This document shows, one piece after another, positions 24,901-36,889 of a stretch of DNA of 45,377 bases. A program made the translations under genes and the position numbers. Location: NCBI RefSeq assembly GCF_004010195.1, contig NC_057755.1:241751-287127 (forward strand), given 5' to 3'. How positions within the stretch are numbered: the first letter of the stretch is position 1; each line of letters opens with the position of its first letter. A model generated the notes under the pieces. The model saw only the letters and a program-made list of their open reading frames with translations, ran no database searches and was not told where the DNA came from. Source of the DNA: Chiloscyllium plagiosum (taxonomy: Eukaryota).

Positions 24901-26565
24901 AGAGCAGTAGTTGAAGGAAGTTTCCCGAAATGGAGAAACTTGACCAGTCGGGTTCCACAGACGTCAGTGTTGGGCAACTGCTGTTTGTAATATTCATAAA
25001 TGATCTGGAAGAGGTCACTGTTGGCATGATCAGCATGTTTGCAGATGACACGAAGATTGGTGGAGAAGCAGAAAGCATAAGTGACTGACAGAGAATACAG
25101 GAGGATATAGATAGACTGGAGAGTTGGCGGAAAAGTGGCAGATGGATTTCAATCCAAATAAATGTGACGTGATGCATTTAGGCAAGACTGTTTCTAGAGA
25201 AAATAATGCAATGAACGGACGAGCCTTGGGAAAAGTTGATGGGCAGAGAGATCTGGGAGTGCAGGTCCATTGTCCACTGAAGTTTGCCACACAGATGGAT
25301 AGAGTGGTCAAGAAGGCATTTAGTATGCTTGCCTTCATTGGATGGGGTATTGAGTATAAGAGCTGGCAAATCATGCTCAAATTTACAAGGCATTCGTTCG
25401 GCCGCGTTTAGAATACTGTGTACAGTTCTGGTCGCCACATTAGTAAAAAGGATGTGGACGCTTTGGAGAATCTGCAGAGAAGGTTTACGAGGATGTTGCC
25501 TGGTATGGAAGCTGCTAACTATGAAGAGAGGTTGGGTAGGTTAGGTTTATTTTCATTAGAAGAAAGGAGATTCAGAGGGGGACCTGATTGAGGTTTACAA
25601 AATCATGAAGGATATAGACAAGGTGGATAGAGATAAACTTTTTNNNNNNNNNNNNNNNNNNNNNNNNNNNNNNNNNNNNNNNNNNNNNNNNNNNNNNNNN
25701 NNNNNNNNNNNNNNNNNNNNNNNNNNNNNNNNNNNNNNNNNNNNNNNNNNNNNNNNNNNNNNNNNNNNNNNNNNNNNNNNNNNNNNNNNNNNNNNNNNNN
25801 NNNNNNNNNNNNNNNNNNNNNNNNNNNNNNNNNNNNNNNNNNNNNNNNNNNNNNNNNNNNNNNNNNNNNNNNNNNNNNNNNNNNNNNNNNNNNNNNNNNN
25901 NNNNNNNNNNNNNNNNNNNNNNNNNNNNNNNNNNNNNNNNNNNNNNNNNNNNNNNNNNNNNNNNNNNNNNNNNNNNNNNNNNNNNNNNNNNNNNNNNNNN
26001 NNNNNNNNNNNNNNNNNNNNNNNNNNNNNNNNNNNNNNNNNNNNNNNNNNNNNNNNNNNNNNNNNNNNNNNNNNNNNNNNNNNNNNNNNNNNNNNNNNNN
26101 NNNNNNNNNNNNNNNNNNNNNNNNNNNNNNNNNNNNNNNNNNNNNNNNNNNNNNNNNNNNNNNNNNNNNNNNNNNNNNNNNNNNNNNNNNNNNNNNNNNN
26201 NNNNNNNNNNNNNNNNNNNNNNNNNNNNNNNNNNNNNNNNNNNNNNNNNNNNNNNNNNNNNNNNNNNNNNNNNNNNNNNNNNNNNNNNNNNNNNNNNNNN
26301 NNNNNNNNNNNNNNNNNNNNNNNNNNNNNNNNNNNNNNNNNNNNNNNGGCGTTTGGAACGCGTTGCAAATAGAGGTGGTAGAGAAAGGCACGGTAGATTC
26401 ATTTAAGATGCGTCTGGATAGATGCATGAGTAGATGGAGAGCAGAGGGATACAGATGCTTAGGAATTGACCAGCAGATTTTGACAGTGCTTTTGGATTTG
26501 CTCAGGCTTAGAGGGCCAAAGGGTCTGTTCATGGGCTGTAAATTTTCTTTGTTCTTCGTTCTTGT
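21930..26565 (+). mobile_element. Near full-length CR1 LINE (5'UTR, ORF1 with CxxC motifs and esterase, ORF2 endonuclease and RT), internally deleted, spans the assembly gap
   Basis: ATG 22288 MAGGLRPVDCAYCLMW..CKTC; CCLPGA and VHIGTND; LKCIYFNARS at about 23325; FADD at 25038-25049; WQMDFNPNKCDVMHLG; 3' end resumes at 26348 and ends in a gttctt-repeat tail. Confidence 0.92.
25644..26347. other. Assembly gap (704 N)
   Basis: Run of n. Confidence 1.
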
Positions 26566-26989
26566 TGTGGAAACAATATTTGCAGCATTGTGTGGCTACA
26601 ATTCAGCAAGAGATCACTTTGTTAAATCAAAGCAAAATATATATCATCAATCAAGCTTGATTTCTGTCTCGGATCTGCTTGTTCTGTAATTAATCAACTT
26701 GTAGTAGAACAGAAATGAAGCTATTGAAAACTTAGACTAACTCCGAGGAAACTGATAACCTAACACCACACTTCAATTAGATTGTGCTCAAACTATGTCC
26801 ATGATCCAGATCCATTATATGTCCCAGACCCTGATAAGACATCCACACTGTGGTGAAATTCCATATTACCCATCCCAAAGTAACAACTCTCATTCTGCAG
26901 CACAGAAAACGCAAAACACATTCCTTCACCGCCTGACAGACCTTTCATGCTGGAATTACATGAGACACTAGGTAGCTTAACGCTGTGGT

Positions 26990-27490
26990 TTTGTGCACAG
27001 CACTGATCATCACCTCGTACTGAGGACAGAACTGCACTGGGGAGAGTACAGAAGAGATTTACAAGAATGTTGGCATTGTGAGGAAATTAGTGCAACATTG
27101 AGGAAAGATGGACAGGGTAGAGTTTTTTTTTCTATAAACATAGGTGAATGAGATTTGACGTGATTGGGATGTAGAAAATAAGCAGGATCTTGGATGGAGA
27201 CTTGTCTTCCCGAATGTAGGACGATGTACTGAGAAAAACTGATGGGAGGATTATTGAGGCACTGAGGCCTGCTTTTTCATTCAGAATATGATGTTGCGAT
27301 TGGAATTTACTGCCAAGTTTTGATGATGGCTTGAGGTGAACAACCTTAATTCATTTAAAAGGAATCTGCAGGTGAAGTGTAAAAACTCTCAACGCGGTGG
27401 ACCAGGTGCTGGAAAGTGGGATCAGAGCAGGTAGCTAATTTAATCAGTTGATGAAGACACTCTTAGTGCCTTAACCTCTGTGCATTTCTG
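26990..27490 (+). mobile_element. Old CR1-like LINE 3' fragment (paralog of 4815-5170)
   Basis: Collinear with 4815-5260. Confidence 0.55.
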
Positions 27491-28314
27491 TGGGATTATA
27501 GAAAGAGTGAGGACTGTTAAAGTGAATTTACTTGGTGGTAAAATAGACTGTTTCTGTGTTATTCGTTTTGACCACTGCAACAGTATGGGCTGCGTCTACT
27601 TTTCAGTTGTTTAATGAAGAATTGCTTGTAGCTTCATCATTTTTACAATGCATAAATCAATTTTTCATGTCGTGGAATAATATTGCTAACCTTGTTAAAT
27701 TATTCTCATTACAACATAAAGATTATTTTTAAAAAAAAAGTATTGTGAAATCGTGTACTGTCTAGGAACTGCTGAGTATTCGTACTACTATTTTAAATGT
27801 CAATTGCCCCTGACATAACCAGAAAACCACACACAGTCAGAGAGGCCGGATTTTTATCATACTATATTTTATTATACAATGGATTGGATCTGTCACATTC
27901 AGTAATTGCAGGACTGTTTTGTTTTGCACTATGTACTTTATTCATAAAATATCAACAAAAACATTCCAAGACTATATGAGTTAGATAATGCAGAGATTGC
28001 AATAAAAAAGTCGCATTTCCCTATTTGCATTTTGCCTTATTTGCTAATGGAATGTTCAAGCAAAATTAGAACATTTGCCAAATTTGAAAAGGAATTGTTC
28101 ACTTTTCAAAACAAACTATGAGGGATTCAGTGAGTAAACAGAACCCCAGTTTGTGCCTTCAGTGATGAAACAAACCTTTCTCAACTCTGTTAAAATTATC
28201 TGTATAATAATAAAATCTTTTCAAGTGCTACAACTCAGCATCTTTGTCTTATGCTGACCAGAAGGTTCTCGGTAATTCTATGTGGAGGGTGGGGGCGGTG
28301 GAGATTGTGTTTAG

Positions 28315-29050
28315 AAAGGTTGCTCCTCTTTTGCGCTAACCTCAATTGCAAGATCTGTGTTCAGACCTCCTTCCCCATCTCTGTCCAAGACCCCAAAGGA
28401 ACCTTCAACATCCATCAAAGTTTCAGCTGCCCTTCCACACATGGCATTAACTGTATCCATTGTTCCTGATGCGATCTCCACTGCATTGGTCAGACTGGAT
28501 GACGATTCGCCACAGCGCTTCAGAGAATATCTCTGGGACACCTGATTCATCACCACCTCCCGTGTCCGAATGCTTCAACTACTCCTCCCACTCTGCCGAG
28601 GACATGCAGGTCCTGGGACTCCTCCATCCCAACTCCCTTACCACCCGAAGCCTGGAGGAAGAACGATTCGTCTTCTGCCTTGTGACTATCCAACCCCAGG
28701 GCATCAATGTGAATTTCACCAGTTTACACATTTTCCCCAGCCCCATCTTACCACAGTTCCAACCTTCCAGCTCAACACTGCCCTCATGACCTGACCTACC
28801 TGTCCATCTTCCTTCCCACATATTCTCCCCACCGTCCTCTCTGACCTGTCACTTTAACCTCCACTTTCATTCACGTATCGCACTCTCAGCTACCTTACTC
28901 CGGGACCCACCCCCTCCCATATATCTCTGTCACACCCTGAGGCTCCCAGCCTCATTCTTGATGAAGGAATTTTGCCCCAAGCTTCCATTCTCCTGCTCCT
29001 CTGATGCTGTCTGACCTATTGTGCTTTACGGGCACCACTCTCTCGACTTT
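28315..29050 (+). mobile_element. Penelope-like element 3' fragment: GIY-YIG endonuclease remnant plus terminal repeat with decayed hammerhead motif
   Basis: KGTFNIHQSFSCPSTHGINCIHCS, RFREYLWDT, FNYSSHSAEDMQVLGL...EEERFVFCLVTIQPQGINVNF; ttgatgaaggaattttgcccc at 28958 followed by ttctcctgctcctctgatgctg. Confidence 0.8.
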
Positions 29051-30499
29051 ATTCCTCGGAATACATTCAGGAAAGTTACGTGGGCTGAACTGAGAAATAA
29101 GAAAGGGCTGAGCCCGTAATTGGGATTGTAGTGCTGACTCCCCAATAGACAGTGGGACCTTTAAGGGAAAAAAAAATTGTAAGGCGGTCTCACTGATCTG
29201 AAATGATGATAAGGTGGTAATGATAGGGAATTTTTACTTTCCAAACAGAGACATAGACTTCCATCGTGTTGAGGGTCTAGATGGAGAGGCACTTGTTGAG
29301 TGTGTACAAGAATTGGATGTACTTACTGGAGAAGGCACAAACCTTGACAAACCCTTAGGAAATAAGGCAGGGCAAGTGACTGAGGTGTGAGTGGGGAAGC
29401 ACTTTTGGATCCAGCGAGAATAATTGTATTAGTTTTAATACACTGATGAAAAAGGATATACCGGATCTAAAAGTTGAAGTTCTAAATTACAGGAAAGCCA
29501 ATTTTGATGGTAAATGCAAAGAACTATCAAAAGTGCGCGGTGGATGGGGTAGTGGTGGTAGTGGGCACATATTCACAGGTAAAGCGACAGGTACAGAATG
29601 GGAAGCCTTGAAAAGTGAGTCAATTAGAGTTCAGTGACAATATGTTCCTGTTCAGGTGAAAGGCAAGGATGATAGGTATAAGGAACGTTGGATCCCGAAA
29701 AAAAATTAGGTTTTGCTAAGAAAAAGGAGGCAAATGATAGGGATAGACAGCAGAGAGAGAGAGAGTGAATACTTCAGAGTATAATGGAGTATACTTAAGA
29801 AGGAAATAGGGGGACATGAGATTGCTTTGGCAAATAGAGTTAAGTCGAAACCAATGAGGTTTCATAAATACATTAAGGACAATATCATAGCTAAGGAGAA
29901 AATGGGACCCCTCAAAGATCAGCAAGGCAGCCTATGAATGGAACTGCACAGGAAGGGAAAGTATTAATTGAGTATTTTTGCATCATTATTTACTGTGTAG
30001 AAAGATATGGAAGATGCAGATTATGGGGAAATAAATAGAGACATCTTAAAAATGTCCATAATACAGAAGATGCAGTGCTGCATGTCTTAAAATGTATGAA
30101 GTTGGATAAATCCCCAGAATATGATCAGACGTATCGCGATCTCTTTTGGAAGTAAGTCAAGTGATTGCTGGGCCTCTTCTTGAGACATTTGTATCATCCT
30201 TGGTCACAACCGAGATGCCGGAAGACTGGTGGTTGTTTCTGGTGGTGCCACGATTTGAGAAAGTTGGTAGGATTGGTGCTGCATTTACAGCTTCGCCTCA
30301 TTCATTTTCATGATTTGAATATGAGCATGGGAGACAAAGTTAGCAAGTTTGTAGATGACAAAAAAATTAGAGTTGGAGAAGGTAGCGAAGAAGGTTCCCT
30401 TAGTGTACAACGAGATCTCCATCTAATGGGCCAATTGGCCGAGCAGCGGCAGATAGAGTTTAATTAAGGTGATCGTGAAGTGCTGCATTTTGGAAAGGC

Positions 30500-31628
30500 A
30501 AATCGCCGCAGGACATATACAGTTAATGTTAAGGTTCTGGGCAGCGTTGCTGAACAAAGTGACATTGGAGTGCAGGTTCATAGTTCCTTGAAAATAAGTC
30601 TCAGGTAGCTTGGATGGTGAAGAAGACGTTTTATATACGTCCCTTTATTAGTCAGAACCTTGAGTATTGGAATTGGGCGATTGCGTTGGGTCTGTGCGGG
30701 ACATTGGTTATGCCGCTTTTGGTATACCATGTCCAATTCTGGTCTTCCTTCAAAACGAAGAATATCTTGAAACTTGAAAGATTTCAGAAAATAAATACAA
30801 GGACTTTGCCAGTGTTGGAGTACTTGAGCTACAGGACGAGGCTGAATAGGCTGGGGCCTATCTCCGTGGAGGAGAAAGTGAGGTCTGCAGATGCTGGAGA
30901 TCAAAGTTGAAACTTTATTGCTGGAACAGCACAGCAGGTCAGGCAGCATCCAGGGAACAGGAGACTCGACGTTTCGGGCCTGTTCCAGCAATAAAGTTTC
31001 AACTCCTATCTCCGTGGAGTATCGGAGGTGGAGCGGTGACCTTGTGAAAGGTTATCAGATCATAAAGGATATGGGCAGGGTAAATAGACAAGTTTTCCCC
31101 CAGGTTTGTGGGAGACCAAAACCAGACAGATCGGTTCAAATCGCCGCAGGACATATACAGTTAATGTTAAGGTTCTGGGCAGCGTTGCTGAACAAAGTGA
31201 CATTGGAGTGCAGGTTCATAGTTCCTTGAAAATAAGTCTCAGGTAGCTTGGATGGTGAAGAAGACGTTTGATATACGTCCCTTTATTAGTCAGAGCCTTG
31301 AGTATTGGAATCGGGCGATTGCGTTGTGTTTGTGCGGGACATTGGTTAGGCCGCTTTTGGTATACCATGTCCAATTCTGGTCTCCCTTCAAAACGAAGAA
31401 TATCTTGAAACTTGAAAGATTTCAGAAAATAAATACAAGGACTTTGTGCCAGTGTTGGAGTACTTGAGCTACAGGACGAGGCTGAATAGGCTGGGGCCTA
31501 TCTCCGTGGAGTGTCGGAGGTGGAGCGGTGACCTTGTGAAAGATTATCAGATCATAAAGGATATGGGCAGGGTAAATAGACAAGTTTTCCCCCAGGTTTG
31601 TGGGAGACCAAAACCAGAGCAGATCGGT
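30500..31628 (+). repeat. Tandem duplication of about 490 bp of CR1 (30500-31137, carrying an insertion, and 31138-31628)
   Basis: aaatcgccgcaggacatatacag begins at 30500 and 31138; copies differ by a few bases apart from the insertion. Confidence 0.95.
30872..31004. mobile_element. 133-bp Penelope-terminus-derived insertion with 15-bp TSD and 25-bp perfect inverted repeat
   Basis: cctatctccgtggag at 30857-30871 and 31005-31019; agttgaaactttattgctggaacag (30905-30929) is the reverse complement of 30980-31004; empty site at 31497-31511. Confidence 0.9.
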
Positions 31629-32754
31629 TTCGGCTGAGAGGAGGAAACTTTAAAAGGGAAATAAGGGGCAACTTTTTCATGCAAAGATTGGTGTCAATGT
31701 GGAATGAACTGTCAGAGGAAGCGATGGTGGCTGGTGTAATTACAACATTTAAAAAGTATCTGGATGAGTAAATTAACAGAATAGGTTTAGAGGAATATGG
31801 AGGCAAATGGATTACATTAATTTCGGATATGTGGACAGCATGGACAATTTGAGCTTAAGGGGTGTTTCTGTGTTGTGCATCTCTATGATTCTAACTATGC
31901 CCAGTACATGAAGACCAGTTCAACAACTGTTCCATCGTTGGTGAATATCAAAACTTTAAATTTCAATTCCCTGTTGGAAATGAATCCCTGTCTTTTGGTT
32001 GCAATTAAAGGGCCTTGTGCAGGAAAAACCTGAGATGATGTTTTGAGTTCAGTGACATATATTCAGATGAAGAAGTTCTAATGAACAGTGATTCCACTAA
32101 GTCTGTTTCTCTCCCCACCGATGCTGCTAACTGTTGGGCTTTGCCCGTTAGTTCTGATTCTGTTTCATATTTTCAGTATTTGGTACCTTTCATTTATTTC
32201 ATTTAAATGCTTCAATTTCCAAACTGCCTCTCAGAAGTAGTTTTTTTAGAATCAGAGAAACAGACTGTACAGAAAATGATCCTTAATTGCATCCAGTTTG
32301 CGCTATCAAAACGACACGAAATGTCTACTCCTCCCAGCCTCCTGCAGTAGTCTCATATTGTCCAATGTTATGACGTTTCAAATGTTCATTCAGGTAGTTT
32401 TTAAAGTTTGTGAGGTTTCCTGCTTCCACGACACTTCCAGGCACTGCATTACCAGGCCCCAACGCTCTCTCGGCGAAAACGTCTTCCTTAGTTCCACTGT
32501 AAACCTCTTCCCTCTCATCTTAAAATTTATGGCCCATCTCTCATATGTTGATTGCCTGCCCACACGTAGTTAAAGCCAGGAGGGATAAGCTTCAAAACGG
32601 GTCAGGCCATTGGAGCTATCCTGTTCAAACTCGACACTGAACCCTTCCAGCTGACACAATTCAGTTCTAAGATCTTCTATTGCTCTCTGTACCGACGTGG
32701 ACAAAGTTTTGCTCATTAATTCCCATTTTGAATTTTACTCCCTGTCTCTTTCAG

Positions 32755-33691
32755 TTAATTTGCTGGTGATTTTGGTCTTTGCATTTGGTAATTGTGGCAT
32801 CTCTAGCTGCACAACGCGCTGCTTGTTGGCTATGACAACGACGGATCTGATGTTCATTCTCACGGAGATAATACTGTGGCAACTCAGATAAATACTTGCC
32901 ACAGCAGGTCAGACAGCATTTCAGGAGCAGGAAAATCGATCTTTTGGGCAAAGACCTGCTATGCTTTTCCAGCACCACTCTGATCTAAACCCTGGCTTCA
33001 AGTATCTTCAGTTCTCACTTTTGCCTAAGTGTACCTACCAGGCTGTTTCCTGGACATCGCTCCTGTGTACAGTGCTATCTTTGTCTTGGCTTTTGCAGTT
33101 TTGGACTGTTCCATCTGGTTCACTGTCCTTTTCTGCTTTGATCATTTTATAGTTGTTTGTTGCCTGAAAATGAAGAGGTAATATTGGACAGAGAAAGTCT
33201 TGCTGTGGCACTGGTTGCAACTGGCATCCTGCTCTGTTTTTTAGAAAAAATCTCTTCTATTTTTGGTTTAAACCAAGGAGTATAATAGACAACGTTCTGT
33301 GGTGCTCTCGACACCCCTTTAATGCCATTCGTGTTAATTCAGTTCATGAACATTCTGACCGTCAGGTATATTTTTGTTCTGTGTCTAGCCCGCAAGAACC
33401 TGAGGAGGTCAAAGAAAGGAGTTAGCCAAACAGACGTCGAGGAAGTTGGTGATTTCACTCTTCAGCATATCCATCTGCTTATTATTTATGTGGGTAGTGC
33501 ACGTTGCGAATATCTTCTACAATAACTTTAAACGAACAGATTGTTGGAAGTAGAGTCCTCTCATCATTTTAACATACATTGAAGAAATGTTCAAGGATTT
33601 CAACTGCAGAACGAATACAGTATTCTGTGCAGCGAATCTGCCTAGGTTCAGAGAGATGTTCGGGAATGCGGTGCACAAACTGGTTACGTAA
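32755..33691 (+). pseudogene. GPR139-like GPCR exon, copy 4 (full span, disabled)
   Basis: Acceptor AG 32753-32754; VNLLVILVFAFGNCGISSCTTRCLLAMTTTDLMFILTEIILWQLR then stop; repeat insertion; DCSIWFTVLFCFDHF; further stop, frameshifts and deletions; terminal TAA 33689-33691 aligned with 11422. Confidence 0.92.
32900..33025. mobile_element. Penelope-terminus-derived insertion inside GPCR copy 4
   Basis: cacagcaggtcagacagcat...ggagcaggaaaatcg joined to the opposite-sense gacctgctatgcttttccagcacc...cagttctcacttt; same family as 30872-31004 and 40205-40426; absent from copies 1 and 3. Confidence 0.8.
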
Positions 33692-34602
33692 ATCTTCGTT
33701 TCATGACTCAGCAAGACAACTGAGTGAAGTCCAGAGGCAGCTGCAGTGTTCCAGAACAGGGCTTGCATATGTATGGCCAGGATTTCATCAACGGAATCAC
33801 ATGGATCTGGGTATAACATCCAACGGTGGATGGGAAATAGAGAAACAGAATGGGTCACCATTCACCACTCTCAGGCACACGCTGCTATCCCTGATTGGCT
33901 GACGGATTGACACATGCGGGGACGCACAGACAATGAACAGCAGGAGGCCATCCACACCTTCGTGTTTGGACAGCCTGGTATTCCAGAAAATCATGGGTCG
34001 TCCAATTCTAAAGTATATTCCACATTCCTGCCTGTCCTTGATAATGATAACCTCCCGCCAAGCTGAATAGTAATCTATCCACCTCCACCTTCAGAAACAT
34101 TGGAAGAGGTGAAAAAGGGACAGCAGATAAAGGGGGAAGAGTTCACTGCCAGGGGTAGGGTCGGATGGAACGAGGCTAAGCGTTATTAGAAGTGACGGAT
34201 TGGCTGTGAGTGATGGGTTTATCTGGACCAATGGGTCTTCACAGACTGCCTTGTTGATGAGTGCTAATGACCGGCAAGAGGGATCTCTGGATTTCCCCTG
34301 CAAGGGAGGAGTGGTGTGGCAGAAACAGTCCTTCCTGCACCATGATGACTGTCAGGTTCTCTCTGTTCAGCTCACAATAAACGGTGTATTGTAACAAGAG
34401 GAAAGCTCTGGGTGTTGGTGATCCCTTCATCTGAATAGGTTATTGTTGCATGCACATTTGTACTTGACAGAGTTTATTGAGTCCCCTTCTGTCTCCACCA
34501 TTCACAAGGATATTGTTTTATTTCACCTTACCTCTTTCTGTCTGCCTCGGATTTTGACTGTCTTTCTCTCTCGTGCTACCCCCATGTCTCAGCTTCTTGC
34601 TG

Positions 34603-34603
<1 letters not shown>

Positions 34604-34632
<29 letters not shown>
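34604..34632. repeat. (TC)n microsatellite
   Basis: Pure TC run. Confidence 0.9.
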
Positions 34633-34638
<6 letters not shown>

Positions 34639-34999
34639 ACTCTGTGTGTCTTCATGCCTGTATCGTTCTTTCTATGTCTCTCTCTCCACCTATCTGTATG
34701 TCTGCCGGTGTCTCTGTCTTCCTCTATGTCTATCCTTCTTTGTCTCTCTGTCTAGCTCATTCTCTGTCTCTTTCTCTCTCGCTGGCTCTCAGCGTCTTTT
34801 GTGCACGTTGTCTCAGATTAACACTTGCAGACTTACATTGACTCAAATCCCTCACTGACCTTTCGTTAACGGATCCTTCCCCAGAGAGTGATTTTGCAAA
34901 ATAGAAAGCGCACAGGTACAGCCAACAATACTTTGACGCCTTACTGTAATTAAATCTTCTCGAGTTTGATCATCCACCATTCCTCTCCCTATGGCTGTG

Positions 35000-36100
35000 C
35001 GGGAGGTGTGTTTCATGTGTTTCCCTTTCAGTGTGTAAGGGTGCCTGTGGGTCTCTGCGTGGGGATCTTCACTGTCTTTGTGTGGATGTCACTCTGTGTG
35101 TGTGTGTCCCTTGTTGTTTGTTGTGGGAAATGTCCCTGAGTATGACACATTCTGAGTGTGTTAATGCATCTGAGTGTAGGTTTCCCTTTGTGTGTGTTGT
35201 GAAGTAATACTGGGGCTACAATTTCATGTGTTTATGTACTTGGAAATCTTCATCATTCTGTGTGAGTGCGTTTATGTGAAGGTGGGTGTTTTTATGTCGG
35301 TGTATATTATTGTGCCTGTGTGATTGCGTATACGTGTATTTTGCACATGTGTATCTTTTGTCTTTGTGCCTGTGTGTTGGCTGGGGTTACAGTCCTATGA
35401 CTGTGGTCGTGTGGGTATTGCTGACAGCATGTCATGATGTTTCTGTGACTCTATGTGTGTGTGTGTCTTTGAATGTCAGTATATTATTGTTGGAGTGCAA
35501 GGTGTATCTCTGCCTGGCTATGCACTTGTTTAAGCATGTGAGTGTTAGTTCAGCCTGTGTTTGATTGTCTGTCCATGTGTCAAGATCTTTCTGTGTCCAA
35601 CCAGAATCTTTCTATGCCTCTTTTTGGGTGTGTTTCTGTTTGTTTCTGAGTGTCACTCTCTATCTATATATCATTGTCTTCGTAGATCAGTAACTCTGTT
35701 TGAATGTACTTCTGAATATGAATAAGAAGTTTCTGTCAATTCTTGCAAGCTGGTGTATCATGTCTCTTATTCTGAGTTTGTTTGTATATGTCTGTGAGGC
35801 TGTGAATGTGATTCCCTGTCTGTATGGAGATGTGTTCCTATATTTCAGTATGTCTATATTTCTGCGTGCGCAGATATGTGTGTATTTGGTATGTGCATGG
35901 GTGTGTTCCTTTGTCTGTCAGTATATCTGCAATTGTGTGTGTGTGTGTGTCTGCGTGAATTTTTTTCTGATATCTCAGTGTGACTGTATTTCTTTGTGTG
36001 TGAATGCATCTGGTTTGTGTCCAGACATTAGTGTGTGAGTGTGAGTGTGTGAGGGTGTGAGTGTGCTTATGTGTTCCTCTGGGTGTGGTTCTGTCTCTGT
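35000..36100. repeat. TG-rich low-complexity block
   Basis: Homologous to 12260-13860. Confidence 0.85.
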
Positions 36101-36588
36101 CAGCATGAGACTCCCTCACCTCAAAAAGGACAGGTGAACCATACAGCAGGTCATGGTGCACAGATTTCTCTCAGTGGCAATTTTTTTTGCTACTGGGGAA
36201 ATATCTAAATGTCAGTGTCTGTAACTCCTGCACCCTGAAAAACGAACTGTTAATTCCGTTCAACGACCTAAGTCTAATGAACAAAACAAGATATAGGAAT
36301 ATTCAATGCAAGGCAGAACTCGAGTAGTTTCGTCCATGTTTGAACCAAGAATGCAATATATCCATTTTTATCATGGTGGAGCTGTTTGTTCCATATATAA
36401 ATATTGTTACATATTGGATCATTAGGACATACAATGCAGTAGCGGAATTAGACCATTCAGCCCATCAAGTCAGCTCTGCTATTTGACAATGTAGCATCTG
36501 TTCCCCAATTCTATTCTCCTGCCTTCTCCCCATAACTTTTGATTCGCTGACCAACCAGGAACGCACATAGCTCTATTTTTAATGCACT

Positions 36589-36830
36589 TATTATGGACCA
36601 GGTCAGACATGCACCAGACATTTAAAAATGGCAACCCAGAGGCTAGCATTTATCCTTGTTTTGAGCAGGTATAACGTGGGATTTCCAGGAGTGATGCAGC
36701 GAGTCAATATTCCTCGGTTTTAAATAGAACAGAGTTTATTTACAGAGTAACGAAAGAAACAGAAACAAAAGAAAACAGAATATAGAATATTTTAAGCAAT
36801 CCGAAAATCCAACAGACTATCACAACTTGT
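36589..36830. mobile_element. Truncated solo LTR (paralog of 14333-14968)
   Basis: tattatggaccaggtcagac...ccaacagactatcacaactt collinear with 14333-14570. Confidence 0.65.
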
Positions 36831-36889
36831 GGGGAATGATTTGGCAAAGACACTGGTCTCTGATTATTGGGAAGTGTAAATATGTGTCC

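Larger units (their letters stand above)
29052..31893 (+). mobile_element. Decayed CR1 LINE ORF2 with internal deletion and tandem duplication (paralog of 7320-9852)
   Basis: GNFYFPN endonuclease motif; SKFVDDKK at about 30345; HVQFWS; 3' tail joined to the same flank as at 9852 and 3180. Confidence 0.88.

Noticed and set aside
25572..26532. 255-309 aa ORFs
   Set aside because: They run through the N gap
27648..27680. ATG-MHKSIFHVVE as candidate receptor exon 1
   Set aside because: Stops after 10 codons, has no hydrophobic TM1 half or donor site, and no paralog was seen upstream of copy 3
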